Of a stretch of 64,000 bases of DNA, positions 23,519 to 40,242 are shown one piece after another. The translations under genes and the position numbers were made by a program. Where the stretch lies: the NCBI GenBank assembly GCA_964016885.1, contig OZ024743.1:39246001-39310000 (forward strand). Direction: 5' to 3'. How positions within the stretch are numbered: the first letter of the stretch is position 1; every line of letters begins with the position of its first letter. The notes beneath the pieces are model-generated. The model saw only the letters and a list, made by a program, of their open reading frames with translations. It made no database searches and was not told where the DNA came from. The stretch comes from Eledone cirrhosa (Eukaryota).

Positions 23519-26270
23519 TTAATTGTAAGGTGTGATGTTGCTGTTCCACTCATATTTTCTATTTAATTTTGGTTGTAATTCTTTTATGTTTATTGCCTCT
23601 GTAATTTGTCTAAACATTGCGTCTTTTCTGTGTGTAGATTCTATTTTTATTTCTATGTTCTCTAATTTGCCCTTGTGTTCTATCTTAGCATGTTGGTAGA
23701 GTACAGATGATTCTTTATTATCTTGAAGGTCTCGCCAGTGTTCATTTATCCGTTCCCCTACACTACGAGCTGTCTCACCTATGTACACTATATTTTTGTC
23801 TCTACATTGTCCTTCAGTACATCTTATGCTATACACTACATTTCTAGTTTTACAGTTAATATGGGGGCTTATTTTACAGGTTATACATTTCTTATCTATA
23901 CAGGAGGGTCTTTGAAAAGGGCATGTCTTGCTAATAAGTGTTTTTACGGAGGTACCTGGTCTTTCTACTATCTTAATATTGAGTTTATGTTTATTTAGGC
24001 CCCTTCTAAATTTGTAAGCTAATTCACCTCTAGGGGTTGTATTGATGAACATTACACTCTGGTATTTATTGCTATCATACCATGAGTTTATTCTATTAGC
24101 CTTGTTCCTAGTTCTTTCTATTCTACTCCAAAATTTGCAACTATACAAGGGGCAGGTCCCATTTATGTCATTATTTACCATTTTTTTTCATTTGGTTCCT
24201 GCTCCTCTATACACTCTTATTTTATCTCTCTGATTGTAGCCAGAGAACTGCAGACGGTGGATGAAGTGTTGTATGTGTCTCTCTAGTTCTTCGGGGTTGC
24301 ACATGCGGGATACGTTTCTCATCACCCGTACTAAATCCGCAATCAGTATGTTGATTTTGGTATGGTCCGAAATGGCCGAGTTTCGGTGGATCAGATGTTT
24401 GGAAGTCATGGGTTTGGCATAATGGGAATGGAAGATTTGTTTTTTGTTGTTAATGGTATCTAACCAGAATTCTGTCTAGTACAGGTAATCGGTGGTTGGG
24501 GTGTTTACTTGGGTAGTCTATAGTAACTCTAATGCTCTGGTGGATGGAGTTTGCTATTTGCTGGATGCTTCCATCGTGTTTTTCTCTAGTTCCTGACTGT
24601 TCTCTAGTGGGGGTGTCTTAACTACGATGTTTATATCATCTACGTAGCGGGAGTACATTATCAGGGTTAAGGAGTCTTCTAATTGTTCTTTAAGTTTAAG
24701 TTTAAGTCTACTGTCCCACCATACCATGAATAAGTTAGCTATGTCGCCTGCAATGCTAACACCAATGGCTGCTCCTTCCTCTTGGGCATATGTTTTTCCA
24801 TTAAATTTGAACATATGTTCCTTAAGGGTTAGTTTTATGCTGGCCCCTACCGCATGTGCAATCATTTTCTTCAGTTCATCGTGGTTTTCGGGTGTCCGTA
24901 TGGCTCTGGTCCACCTGTTCCATCTAGCTGTGTGGGTTATCTTGGCCATTGAGGTAATGGTAGGTGGTCTACCTCTTGCTGGCCTTGTACGGCACAGGTT
25001 GCTAAGGTCATATGTCTCTAGGTAACTATTACTATAGGTAAGCTTAAGTAGGAGTCCCTGCTCACTGGTATCAATCCCACGGAACTCAACCTTGCTCTCG
25101 CTGATCATTTCTACGCATTTCTCCACAGCAAAATCCACGTCAATAGATGGATACAGGGATACAACATCCATACTGCCTATTATGCAGTTTGTTAGGTCCC
25201 CAGATCGGTTACTCACGCCGATTCTGCTGAGGAGGTCCTCCGTGCTGTCACATACATCTGTGGACATTTCAATGATGGGGCGTATGATCAGGGAGAGGAA
25301 GTAGGACAGTCTGTAGTTACTAGCAATGTTAGCCCCACAGACTGGCCGTGTTGGTGGTCCTGCGACAGGGTCACAGCCAGTTTTATGGTCTTTTCGAAGC
25401 CCATACAACGGCGGCAGGTCATTGTTCCAGGCCTGGAAGTTGTTGCAGTCCTTTTGTTGGGCTGCATTATATTCGTCCACATCACCATATGGGCATTGAG
25501 GGCTTTTTCTCTATCCTCATGCTCCTGTGGTGTTACCTCTCTTGTGTTAGTGATGTGGGGTTGCATTGCCTGGATGTAGTTTGGCAGGCTGTCAACCGAC
25601 ATTCTGCCAGACTTGTCTGTTGGAAAGCATGCTATCTCTCCATTACGTGAGCGCTGCATGAGCTTACGCAAGCCATTTGCAGATTGTTCTCCCAGTTGCT
25701 GGGCCTCCATTCTATTATGCTTCTTGCTGTACTGTTCTATAATATTTCTAAGTTCGGATCTAGCTATACTAAATTGTGCTTCTGTTTGTTCATCGACCTG
25801 CGACAGCAATTGCGTGCGTTTGTTAAATGGTAAAGTCGTGACGTGGACTCGTCGCAGGTCGAATGATTTATCGGAATGATTATAAAACGTAGAGTTCCAG
25901 GCTGCTGCTTTATGTGTACTAGGGCTATTGTTATCGTTAGTTGTGTTGTTTCTATTTCTATTTCCACCAACAGCCTCATGGTTGTTTCTATGTCTCTCAT
26001 AATTACTCCTGTGTCTTTCCACTGGCTCATTGTTGTTATCTACTCTATTTTGTGTGTCTGTGTGTTCGTCTTGGTTATTCTATTTGTCCTTAGTCTCCCT
26101 TCTCCTTTTAATCCTATTACTTTCCCTTATTTCTGTGATTTCTGTGCTGCTGTCATTACTTTGTGGTGGTGGTGAGAGGCATTGAATGCGTGTGTGTTGT
26201 TGTTGATGTGTGCTGTTGTTGATGTGTGTTGTTGTTGGCTCCGTGTGTGTTATTGTTGTTGTGTGTGTTG
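23519..26270 (-). pseudogene. PLE-1 RT/GIY-YIG polyprotein, frameshifted and 5'-truncated
   Basis: ORFs 25288-26022, 24554-25480, 24188-24409 and 23519-24181 are collinear with the PLE-2 protein. Confidence 0.9.
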
Positions 26271-26811
26271 TTAACTGTAAAACTAGAAATGTAGTGTATA
26301 GCATAAGATGTACTGAAGGAAAATGTAGAGACAAAAATATAGTTTACATAGGTTAGACAGCTCGTAGTGTAGGGGAACGGATAAATGAACACTGGCGAAA
26401 CCTTCAAGATAATAAAGAATCATCTGTACTCTACCAACAAGCTAAGATAGAACACAAGGGTAAATTAGAGAACATAGAAATAAAAATAGAATATACACAC
26501 AGAAAAGACGCTATTATTAGACAAATTACAGAGGCAATAAACATAAAAGAATTACAACCAAAATTAAATAGAAAATATGAGTGGAACAGCAACATCACAA
26601 CTTACAATTAAGGACAACATGAAAGCACACACACACATAGAACAAACAACCAACCAGTAACATGTAAATAAACAAATAAATAAATGAACATAAACACACA
26701 CAGACACCCGGATGTGGCGCATGCGCAGACTGAGCACACAACACACACACAGAACAAAAATGGCGTAGCACAGAACAATGGAGAGGCACAGAAACAAAGA
26801 AAGGAATACCC

Positions 26812-26856
26812 AGTCAATGAAGAGGTCACATAGTGTGTGACGAAAGAACTATGACT
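26812..26856 (+). ncRNA. Hammerhead motif copy with mutated core (AUGAAGA)
   Basis: agtca ATGAAGA ggtcacatagtgtgtgac GAAA gaac TA tgact. Confidence 0.55.
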
Positions 26857-26998
26857 ATATAAAAACAACTATCTGGTTGTGGAACTAACCAACCAACCAG
26901 AAATTTTTAAATTTATAAATTTATAAATATATAATTAATTGAAGTGAAAGCAACTGGTGCGTGTGTTTCTTATTGGCAACATGACCCTCCCAAAGTAT

Positions 26999-27068
<70 letters not shown>

Positions 27069-27087
27069 GTATATATATATGTATATT

Positions 27088-27208
<121 letters not shown>

Positions 27209-27338
27209 ATACTTTGGGAGGGTCATGTTGCCAATAAGAAACACACGCACCAGTTGCTTTCACTTCAATTTATTATATATTTATAAATTTATACATTTCT
27301 GGTTGGTTGGTTCCACAACCAGATAGTTGTTTATATAT

Positions 27339-27383
27339 AGTCATAGTTCTTTCGTCACACACTCTGTGACCTCTTCAGTGACT
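27339..27383 (-). ncRNA. Minimal hammerhead ribozyme motif in third PLE-1 pLTR copy
   Basis: Intact CUGAAGA, perfect 6-bp stem II GUCACA/UGUGAC, GAAA, CUA triplet, 5-bp stem I. Confidence 0.75.
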
Positions 27384-27774
27384 GGGGATTCCTTTCTTTG
27401 TTTCTGTGCCTCTCCTTTGTTCTGTCCTACGCTATTTTGTTTCTGTGTGTGTGTTGTGTGCTCAGTCTGCGCATGCGCCACATCCGGGTGTCTGTGTGTG
27501 TTTATGTTCATTTATTTATTTGTTTATTTAGATGTTACTGGTTGGTTGTTTGTTCTATGTGTGTGTGTGTTTTCATTTTGTCCTTAATTGTAAGTTGTGT
27601 TGTTGCTGTTCCACTCATATTTTCTATTTAATTTTGGTTGTAATTCTTTTATGTTTATTGCCTCTGTAATTTGTCTAAACATTGCTTTTTTTCTGTGTGT
27701 ATATTCTATTTTTATTTCTATGTTCTCTAATTCACCCTTGTGTTCTATCTTAGCATGTTGGTAGAGTACAGATG

Positions 27775-29008
27775 AAACTTATAGAAAACTTATAATGAAA
27801 CAATTGTTTGGAAAGAGAGATATACTTTAACTTTAATTATATCTCATAAAATAATACAACTGGTTTTTCCACATTATACATATTGTTAACACCCCAAACA
27901 CTTAAATTGGGTTTATATTTAAATATAACCTAATGTTTGTTGAGTGAGATGGATACCAGTCAGAGTTTAGCTTTAAACTATCTCTGTTATTGTAATAAAT
28001 ATTTACACTTGATTGGCCAGAGGTATTTATTTCCAGGTACCTTATGAATTTGACTTTACGTATTTATTACTGTTGTGAAATATGGTGGCTTTTTTTGGTT
28101 GTAACTTCTCTGTATTTTAGCCTAGGAAAATATATATATATGCCTACGTATATAATTACATGCATATATGTATTTATTTTCTTTTATTAATTGAGTTCTT
28201 TACACGAGGAATTAATATTGGTTTTGAATTAACTAATTAACCCACGTGTGTTTTATATTTTACTCTTAATAATTCGGCCGGAGAATTATATTCCCATTTG
28301 CCCTTTATAACATAACTTTCTGCAGTTACTGCGGTTATGAGAAGCGGTTCTTATTCGGGTACAACTTCTGATTTAGCCTAATAAAATATATATATGCGTG
28401 TGTAATTTATACAAGCATATATTTATTTTTTTATTTTCAATTGAGTTCTTAAACACGTTGGATTGATAATGTTTTCAAAAAAACTAATTAACCCGCGTGC
28501 ATATTATTTTTTTTCCTCATTTCGTGGATCGTGGGTTGTCTCCCCTTCCCGCTTCGTGTCGCTATGATACTTCATCAGTCAAAAACTGCTGGAATTTCAA
28601 ATTTGGCGGTCATTCGAGGTGAGAGAGAGCAACTTTACGGACATGATTTTTGACAGCGGTAAGAAATTGTTTTCTTATATCAATGTTTAATGGGCTCCAC
28701 TGATGATTTATAAGTGCCCACCTAAATATATTCTTACATGAATATATATTAGGCTTCTACATAAACTGGAAACATTCTCCCACACTTGTAGAAAACTTAT
28801 AATGAAACAATTGTTTGGAAAGAGAGATATACTTTAACTTTAATTATATCTCATAAAATAATTCAACTGGTTTTTCCACATTATACATATTGTTAGCACC
28901 CTAAACACTTAAATTGGGTTTATATTTAAATATAACCTAATGTTTGTTGAGTGAGATGGATACAAGTCAGAGTTTAGCTTTAAACTATCTCTGTTATTGT
29001 ATTAAATA
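27775..29008. repeat. Partial tandem: ~225-bp direct repeats ~1010 bp apart, with an internal ~260-bp-period duplication
   Basis: 27775-28002 matches 28783-29008; 28101-28260 resembles 28361-28505. Confidence 0.85.
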
Positions 29009-29022
29009 TATATATATATATT

Positions 29023-29105
<83 letters not shown>

Positions 29106-29106
29106 A

Positions 29107-29200
<94 letters not shown>

Positions 29201-29201
29201 C

Positions 29202-29232
<31 letters not shown>

Positions 29233-29289
29233 CATATATATAGATATACATATATATAGATATATATATACATATATATATATATATAC

Positions 29290-29358
<69 letters not shown>
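29007..29358. repeat. Long interrupted (TA)n microsatellite
   Basis: Direct reading. Confidence 0.95.
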
Positions 29359-29708
29359 GATAAATCTACCAAAATATTCATAGAGGGAGAAACAACCTAA
29401 GTGTTGGACTTGTTCTCAATGTATCGATCTCTAAGAACGTTAGGTAAAGTTGAAATCAGCGGGATTCGAACGCATCACAACAAGACTGAACTAATACGGC
29501 ACAGCATGCCATTCGATATTCTACTGGTTCGGCCAATTATGCATCGTATTATGCATATTAGGTTATGAACAGAATACACACATTTTCGTCTTTATATATA
29601 TAAAGACTAAAATATATATATACATATATATACATATATATACAGAGCGTGAAATTAATAAACATTCGTTGTACTGCCTATCTGTTTTGTACCTGTTCAA
29701 ATGTTTCC

Positions 29709-29817
<109 letters not shown>

Positions 29818-31251
29818 GTAGATAAATCTACCAAAATATACGGTAGTGTCCAATCCGTATGAAGAACTCAATGTAATCCTAATATCATGAAAAAAAAGAT
29901 GTATTTAGAAATATTTTCGATGAAATTAACAGGAAAACAGAGTCAAGATGAATTAATAAAAACAATGAATAAAAACAAAGAAACTGTTCCTTATATTAAA
30001 AAAATTATCATTTTACGATCGTTTCTAGGATATATATGTGTGTGTTGGTATGTATATCATATAGATCTGTGTAAATATTTTACAAACTATCAGAGGGAAT
30101 ATACATACCTAGACATATATATGCTGTCTTCAGAAATAATGATATTTGTTTATTGAAAAACACCAACAAAGATGTAATATAATAAGTCTGTTTGGGAACA
30201 GATTTTGAATTGACCAATCGAAGAGTAGTAAGTGGTCAAGTTGATAGAATAGTAGTAGTAGAAATTTAATTTTGGGGTAGAGAAATGCAGACTTCACTTT
30301 TAAATGGAAATAATTATTTGAATGAAAAGATTACTTTTGGGATGAAAAGAGCTCAAGACAGTGAAAGGTACACGAAAATTATATGTTATTAAAGAATAAT
30401 GCTAATGTTAAAATCGAAGGAGAATAAAATTTTAGGATAAATGTGTTAGTGAAAAATACCAATCTTATTAAAAACATAAGGAATTTAGATCTATAAAAAG
30501 AAATTAAGTTAAATTAATTGATAGGTATACTTATATGGATAAATTTATATTAATACATATAGATGTGATAAATAAGAGTTAGATGTTATTAAAGAATGTT
30601 GTTAAAAAACAAGGAAAACAAATTTTTTGGGGGATAAATGTATTAGTGAGAAATAACAAACTTATATAGACTAACATTTAGATTCATAACAGGAAATTAA
30701 AATAGTTTATATGTATACTTATAGGTATTAACTTTAGGAAAAGATAGCTGTAAAAGGGAAATAAAATTATGAAGTTCTCAGTAGTAAAATACTAATTATA
30801 GGTTAACTAATTTAAAAGAAAAAAAAATAATAATAATTATAATAATTTGTCAAATAAAAGTGTATATTAATTAGGTTTATAATATTTGAAAGTTCTTCTA
30901 ATTCTATGATTGCACGATATAATTAATTCTTGTCGCAAATTTAATAGGGTATCCTTAGATTTCATGATTTCAAAAAGTAATTTATATATATATATATGTG
31001 TGTGTATGTGTGTGTGTGTATGATTGTTTGTGTGTGTATTGTGTATCTGTGGGGCGAAGAACAGAATTCAGAGTTATACTTAATGCATGGAAAGATAAGG
31101 ATTGGGTATATTACTGTGAGGATTGGAGCTTGTAATCGAACGGGAGGGGGGAAATCATGAGGTGATTACAAGCTTATACAGCAGAACTCACAGTTCGACA
31201 TTTATTTCACTGATACACAGACACACAGACACACACACACACACACACACG

Positions 31252-31302
<51 letters not shown>

Positions 31303-31425
31303 GGGGGGCGGTTGTGCGGGAATTCATCTGTGTTTGTTTTCATTGAAGCATTTCCATTTGGTATTTTGGGTAGATATTCTGTGCAAATATTCAGTTGAAA
31401 TATGAAATTGTTCCATCATTATACA

Positions 31426-31620
31426 GGCGGTGGATTGGCGGTATCGGTAGAGTGTCGGACGCCAAAGTGTCTTTGCAGCAAAAACTACGGCCCTTTATGA
31501 TCTGAGTTCAAATCCCGCCGAGGTTAACTTTGCCTTCCATCCTTACGGGGTCGATAAAATAAAGTACCAGTAATACACTGGAATAATTGCTGGCCTCGTG
31601 CCAAAAGTAGAAACAATTAT
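31426..31620 (+). mobile_element. tRNA-type SINE (young family) with ATTATACA target-site duplication
   Basis: A box TGGCGGTATCGG and B box GAGTTCAAATC; near-identical to other copies in the window. Confidence 0.88.
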
Positions 31621-32584
31621 ACATTTGCCCGACGTATGAAACCAATGCTCAGTAGAAATGCTACAGCCAACGCCATTTTCGCTAACAATGTATATGGTTA
31701 TGGGTTTCTTTGCTTTGTTAATCATATATTTTCAGGTAAGATATATCTGTAAAAATATTAAATTACCCTACAATATCATCGCCCCTTTATGTTTCAGAAA
31801 TGTTTATACTTTTAGTTTATTATCCTTTGCAGTTAAATATCTGGGTGTTCTTGTACTCGATTACATTAATTTTCCGTCAATTCATCCCAGGGTATTGTGC
31901 CCAATGGCCTGAGAGCTTGCATCTCGTTTACATGTAGAATAACCATCCTCGTATATACTAATTTAAATATATACTATGAATAGATTTCTTTTTAGTTATT
32001 AATTCATGATGTTCATGTTTTATTGATGAACATGCTGATTACATTGTAGCTCCTGTATTTCATTATTTTCTTCTCTCAGGTATATTTTATTATTCCCAGA
32101 TTGTTTGATTTATGTTCCAGATAATATAGGTATTTCAGCTGTTTACGTTTTTTGATGCAGTTTCTGTTTTCGGTTCATCATACGCTAAACATTTCTCATT
32201 TTATACGACATTTTCTGGTCGCGGCTTTTTTTTATAAAGAACAGTTTCATAGGTGTATAAGAGAATGAGATGAGATATTTGCAGAAAGTAATGACTTTTC
32301 ATAATTCCATAGTCGATAAAATAAGGATCATTGTTTAAATCAATTTGTCTGGTGCAAAGCATTTAAGTTGAGGGGAGGTGAAACTTGATTATATAACCAA
32401 CAACACCTGAGTGGTACTTCATTTTATCGACAGCAGAACGATGAAATGTAAAGCTGACATCGCTGATATTTGATATGAGACCGTAAAGGGCCATAACTGA
32501 AAGCTGCAGAGCATTTTGTCTGACGCAGCTAATCCATCATCCTGCTGTGGTTAAATAATTATATTATTATTGATAATTATTATA

Positions 32585-32776
32585 AGAGCGGTGGATTGGC
32601 AGTATCAGTAGAGGGCTGGACACCAAGCTTTGTAGCAGAGTTACGTCCCTTTATGGTCTGAGTTCAAACCCCGTCGAGGTTAACTTTGCCTTTCATCCTT
32701 ACGGGGTCGATAAAATAAAGTACCAGTAATGTACTGGAATAATTGCTGGCCATGTGCCAAAAGTAGAAACAATTAT
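32585..32776 (+). mobile_element. SINE, same family
   Basis: Matches 31426-31620 and 63841-64000. Confidence 0.88.
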
Positions 32777-33764
32777 TATCAATAATAATATTATTCATGA
32801 AGCTATCTGACTTTAATTCTCAGTTTACTTAAATTTATTAAGTGAAAGAAACTGTCTTTAACGAGGCATCTCTGCGCTAAATTAACCGAAAGAAAGTTGA
32901 ATAAAATGCATACTTTCCTCCTGACATTGAAGTATACACACCAAGTAAAAGAGCAAAGTTTCGTGTCTCAACAACGTGGTCCTATGAGCGGTAATGTAAA
33001 TATAAATAGTTTCCCACTAACAACCTTATTATTTAATGAGTAGCAATTCGTAGAATGTTCTCTGGGTTAAGTTTTTCCGTATTTTGGCTTTCAACGCTGG
33101 AAGTATTTTCTTTATTTCTTCAACTATTTCTACTAGTCTAATATAAGAAAAGGGAAGTACGGTTCCTTGTAAACAGTAGCCATTTTTCACATTATTCTCC
33201 ACCAATTATTCAAAGGACCTCATATATACCTGCATTGACTAGGGTATAGTTAACTATTAGACAGATGAGAAAAGAACATGACGTGAAATTTGAACACAGG
33301 AAGTGGAGAAATACAGCTACGTATGTAAAAATATATTAGCTCTTACTTTCAAATAAAAATTTATTTCGGTCCTGAAAAGAATATGTATGAATGTCATGGA
33401 GTTCAGATTGCATTATGATGGAAAGAAAAGAATTGACAGTAAAACATTAATCCAGAGAGAGATAGAGAGAGGGGGGGGGGCATATGGTGGGGAACTGGTC
33501 TGCTGAGGAAAGAGAAGAGATATGCGTGTAAATAAGTGAGGGAGAGAGGTGAGAAAAAGAGAGAATGAAAGAACATGAAAGTTTGAATGAATTCTGCGCT
33601 AAGCTCATCTAAGCTAATATCCTTTGTTATCACCATATCCTAATGAGACGAATGAAGGGTCGTCTGGGCCTATGACCCATATTTTCTTTTTGTCATTGCT
33701 TACTTTAATTTTCAATTTAGTTTACACAAGGCCCACGTTTGTATTATCTACTACCTTACATGAT

Positions 33765-33794
33765 TCTTGTTGTTGTTGTTGTTTTTTTGGTGGC

Positions 33795-33834
<40 letters not shown>

Positions 33835-33907
33835 CTTCTTCTTCTTCTTCTTCTTCTTCTTCTTCTTCTTCTTCTTCTTCTTCTTCTTCTTCTTCTTCTT
33901 CTTCTTC
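33765..33907. repeat. Compound (TTG)n(TTC)n microsatellite
   Basis: Direct reading. Confidence 0.95.
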
Positions 33908-34446
33908 ACCCGCATATTCATGGATAGATCTCGGTGGGACCACAATTCAACGGCGTGTATACGCGATCGTAATCTTTTTGTCATTACCCAAGATTCATGG
34001 CCATAGACAGGGGTTAGAACGAATAACCAATTGATGGTGCGAGTTTGTCTTTTACACTTACATCCCTTCATCTGATTACCGAATGCTGAAGCTGGCGCAT
34101 TACTGCATTAACCGCAGCAATTCTTGCAAATAATTCAGCCTCCACCATTCCATCACTTGTGAATACGGTCTCCACCTACTTAAGTGGACCCTATCACACG
34201 TAGAGTGTACTAGGCAGTCAACCTTGAAAGAACGAATTTCTCGGTCTCCGCAGAAGTGATTTTAATTTCAGGCGTGCAGCATACAGCAGCAGACCTATGA
34301 AGTGCATGTGGGAGATCCCCTTCAGGCGCCTAAAGTAATAACATTTAGACTGCAAATCCAGCCTACTGATCTTACCCCTGCCAGTGTGATACCATTTCCA
34401 ACCCGGTTGAACATATCAATCCGCTAATCAATATTATGAACAGATT

Positions 34447-34560
34447 CTGAGTTCAAATCCCGCCGAAGTTAACTTTGCCTTTCATCCTTACGGTGTCGAT
34501 AAAATAAAGTACCAGTAATGCACTGAGAAATTGCTGGCCTTGTGCCAAAAAGTAGAAACT
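34447..34560 (+). mobile_element. 5'-truncated SINE with 16-bp TSD ATATTATGAACAGATT
   Basis: TSD at 34431-34446 and 34561-34576; body matches the SINE 3' half. Confidence 0.88.
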
Positions 34561-36650
34561 ATATTATGAACAGATTTGAGAGAACGCACCCTTTGTGGAA
34601 TTTCACTTTGAATGGTTTCAATTTAGTTCCAATTTTCCGAACACAATACTAGGATATTGGTATAGAAATATCAGTGCTACAAGAAGCTGCGCATCACTCC
34701 CTTAGTTCAGCAGAATCTTCCACAGCAGGAAATATGTACTGTGGTAAATTACTATTTTGAGGGCTAACAACCCACGAATACACCTCTTGGAAGTACTCCC
34801 AAAATATTCGTTGTCTGATTATTTGGTTGATTGCACTTTGTCCTGGACGAAAGCAAAACACTTCGCCAGCTAGCGTGGACAACAAACTCCCTACATCTTT
34901 TGTCAGTCACTTAGGAAATAGTTTACCGGGGCGGCTTATAAAAAGTAACCTTTTAATTGGAGCAATCTCTCATCTTCCTTTTTGAAAACTGTAATTATCA
35001 CCCTCGATTGTCATTGCGCATATGGTTTACAGAGATCCAGAATATCCAGAACACATGAATCAGCCAATGAATACCTTCTCTATTTAAGGCTTTTTAACAT
35101 ATCGGGGCGAATTTCATTCTTCGGAACGGCCCTCCCACTTTTGCCCTCTTTAATTGTTTGTTAAACGTCAGTCTCCGAGCGATTAGTTATCTCTGACAGA
35201 TGCACCAGCTGTACATCAGACGCACTTGTGTCTAGGTTTAGGAGATCATCAACGGATTCTTTCCAACCCGCATGTATGCACCTCTCTGAAGAGAAGAGAA
35301 CTCCAGACGCATTCCTGATAACAGGTGTGGAGGAGGACAAGTTATTACGAAGGACGTGTATGGTTTGGCAGAACAATTTATTCGGTTATCTGAATCGGAT
35401 TTTAGCTTAATCCTAAAGTCTCCCCATATCTAAATGGGAAAATAACTGAGGTACAAAGCGAAGAACCCAAGTGGTCCAATAAACCTGAACATTTCCAAAC
35501 GATATGGTATGTATTATTATAAATGATTATAAAATATATATCACATCACAACTTACATTCTATACATTACCCATCCACCATACCTCCTGATAGTACATAT
35601 TAGAACATCTTTTCCAGTCTGCATTCTTAAGGTGGCTGTTGTATGTGTATTACAATGTTAGATAATTTATTACTCTCTATGACTTAACTGTAGTAAATAT
35701 ATCCAGGTTGTTATAAATCTCACCATATCTTAACACTTGGCAATTGATGCTAATTAAAGTACTTTACAACAAGTCTGTTAGTACAAATCTTAAGAACAGC
35801 AATTGAATACTGATTACTGTGTAGTATAACGTCTTAAATTATACATCGTACCTGCGGCTGATGTATTTTATTGCTACATATTAAAGCATAAATAGCATTG
35901 TTGGTATTAACTGTTGTCAATTTATGTGTGATATCATATACTGCGACATATCTTACTATCTACACCTTAACCGTATCTCATATATGTGGACGGCTATATG
36001 TTAAAGAATAAAATCAGTCAAAATCTTATCGATATACGTTGGTTATGATATAGTAAAACTATATCATTCAGTCTACGCCTTAAATGCTGCCAACATATGT
36101 AGATTTATATAATATAATATTACCCCAAAGCATCTGTATTTTAGTACGGAGCAACAGTATTTACCCTTCTCTTCAATATTCTGCTTTACATCAATGTTCT
36201 ACGATATACTCTAGAGATATATATTCTGGGTGGTTAATTCCATGTATACTGTTCTTATGATATATCATTTTGCTGTTTGCTGACTTAGCATATAAGGCTT
36301 ACATTTTATCTTAGTTCGGCTCTCACTTGTAAGCCAAATATTTGTACATAATAACAATGTAAACATTATCGGGAAAAAGGAAATAAAATAAATAAACCAA
36401 CAAAGCAACTAACTCTCTGGCGGGACTGGTATCCCATGCTGGTTGGCTGCTTAATGGACTGCACTAATCTAATTTCAAATATTCTTATCTTTATCTCAAA
36501 TGAGACTAATAGAAACATAAGTTCACTGACATATACGTTTATACACATATACATACATAAAATCAAATATATATATATTTACGTATATAGGCCAACACAC
36601 ACACATCTCACTCTCTCTCTCTCTCTCACTCTCTCTCACTCTCTCTCTCA

Positions 36651-36769
<119 letters not shown>

Positions 36770-37323
36770 CGGTGTGTGTATGTATGTAAGCTTCTAGCTG
36801 AACATTTAAACTTCATTACTTCATTGCGTTTATGTATGCTTCATTGCTAATTCCCCAGGCGTGTAGGCAAACTCAGTAGGTTGTTGTCATTAACATTTTC
36901 TTGGGACTTGGCAATGATATTATTATCCATCATTTTTTTATATCTCATTAGCTTTTTTATATTACTTTTTTTTCTATTTCTTATCAATGTATAATGTAAT
37001 ATTTTTTCTATTAAAATGTAAACAATTATTATAGTTATTAGTTTTATATTGTTCTTTTACGTACAGCTTCTATTCGATTCGGTATATTATTATAAGACAG
37101 CTATTAACTGAGTGAAGGGTTAACGAAAATATGCTATATTGTTAGTTTTAAATGAACAGCGATCTCAAAGATAACACATATTATTTCAATTTAACAATAA
37201 TTGCATGGCATGCTAAGAATGTTTATATTACAATGTATGTTAGGGTGATTTAAGTTTAGATATTCAATAAATATTTTTGTTAATTTCAATTTGAAATGAC
37301 AAGCTCTCACGTAGAAATAAATA

Positions 37324-37509
37324 TAATTGTTTCTACTATTGGCACAAGGCCAGAAATAACCCATTACATTACTGGTACTTTTATCGACCTCGTAATGATG
37401 AAAAGCAAAGTCAACCTCGGCGGGATTTAAACTCAGATCGTAAAGGGACGTAACTACGCTGGAAAGCATGGCGTCTGACCCTCTACCGATACTGCCAATC
37501 CACCGCCCT
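37324..37509 (-). mobile_element. SINE, same family
   Basis: Reverse complement of the 63841 copy. Confidence 0.88.
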
Positions 37510-37744
37510 AGAAATAAATATAATGTAGGCTCTTCACACTTATAGCCAGTGGATTTGCCTTCATAACTGTATGATAAAACATAACACCGTTTTAGAAATC
37601 TTGTGATGCCTCTGGATATGTTCAAATTTCCCGACAGGTTTCTTAACATGTGAAGTCTTAATTATCTAGGTTCGTTTCAGATAGCTTAGAGTTCTCTGCC
37701 CTATAAACTACTTTCAATGTGAGTCGATTTCTATCATTATTTTG

Positions 37745-37903
37745 GCGCCATGCTTTGGCGCATAGAGTTACATCCCTTGCCATTCTAAGTTCAAATTCCG
37801 TCGGGGTTAACTTTGCGTTTCAGCCGTTCGAGGTCGATAAAAGAAAGTACCAGTAATGCACTGGATAATTGGTGGCCTTGTGTCAAATGTAGAAATAATT
37901 ATT
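37745..37903 (+). mobile_element. SINE, diverged and 5'-truncated
   Basis: aagttcaaattccgtcggggttaactttgc...gtcgataaaagaaagtaccagtaatgcactgg. Confidence 0.8.
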
Positions 37904-38413
37904 ATCCCGCCATACACCCACTCATACATCCTAAACAGCAAATAGATTCTTGTGGGCAACATCCTAAACATACGGTCTGTTTTCTTAATTTAAATGACAC
38001 TCACACTTACAAACGCACACACACATGTATGTATATATATATATGTGTGCATTCACACACACATAAACCCATGTATATTTATATATATAAGCAGACTACC
38101 TATAACCCCCTCCCCATACACACACGCACACACACGCATATATATATATGTGTGTGTCTGTGTGTGTGCATTCAAAGAGGGTGTTGTAAGACACCAGGTG
38201 GGCCATAACGCACCACAGTACTCAATACTTAGGGTAGTAGAGGGAGTAATAGGAGAAGAGTCAGGACCCCGACGGCTGAGCTCCAGCCGTTTCGACTGCT
38301 AGATCGGAAAGAGTTTGGATTTAGCTGTCGAACTGGCTGGAGCTCAGTCGTCAGGGTCCAGATTCCTTCCGTATATATGTGTGTATATATATATATATAT
38401 ATTACATATATAT

Positions 38414-40242
<1,829 letters not shown>

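Larger units (their letters stand above)
33620..35400 (-). mobile_element. Decayed RTE-clade LINE interrupted by a SINE and a (CAA)n(GAA)n tract
   Basis: LTPVYGHESWVMTKRLRSRIHAVE resembles the RTE/Rex3 LTYGHE.WVMT.R.RSRIQAAE motif. Degenerate RT residues lie upstream; boundaries are approximate. Confidence 0.6.

Noticed and set aside
30380-30730. Diverged ~198-bp tandem dimer in AT-rich DNA
   Set aside because: Weak, with no ribozyme or terminal features; probably an ordinary old duplication.
31426-31530. tRNA gene
   Set aside because: A and B boxes are present but there is no cloverleaf; this is the head of a multi-copy SINE.
31658-31741. Possible host exon encoding a signal-peptide-like stretch and ending at a strong CAG|GTAAGA donor
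   Set aside because: No supporting acceptor, partner exons or recognisable homology; RNA-seq would be needed.
38345-38356. CUGACGA on the minus strand that could complete a hammerhead in the 38264-38359 hairpin
   Set aside because: It lies in the inverted arm and is explained by point decay of ccgacgg; it is absent from the other copies.
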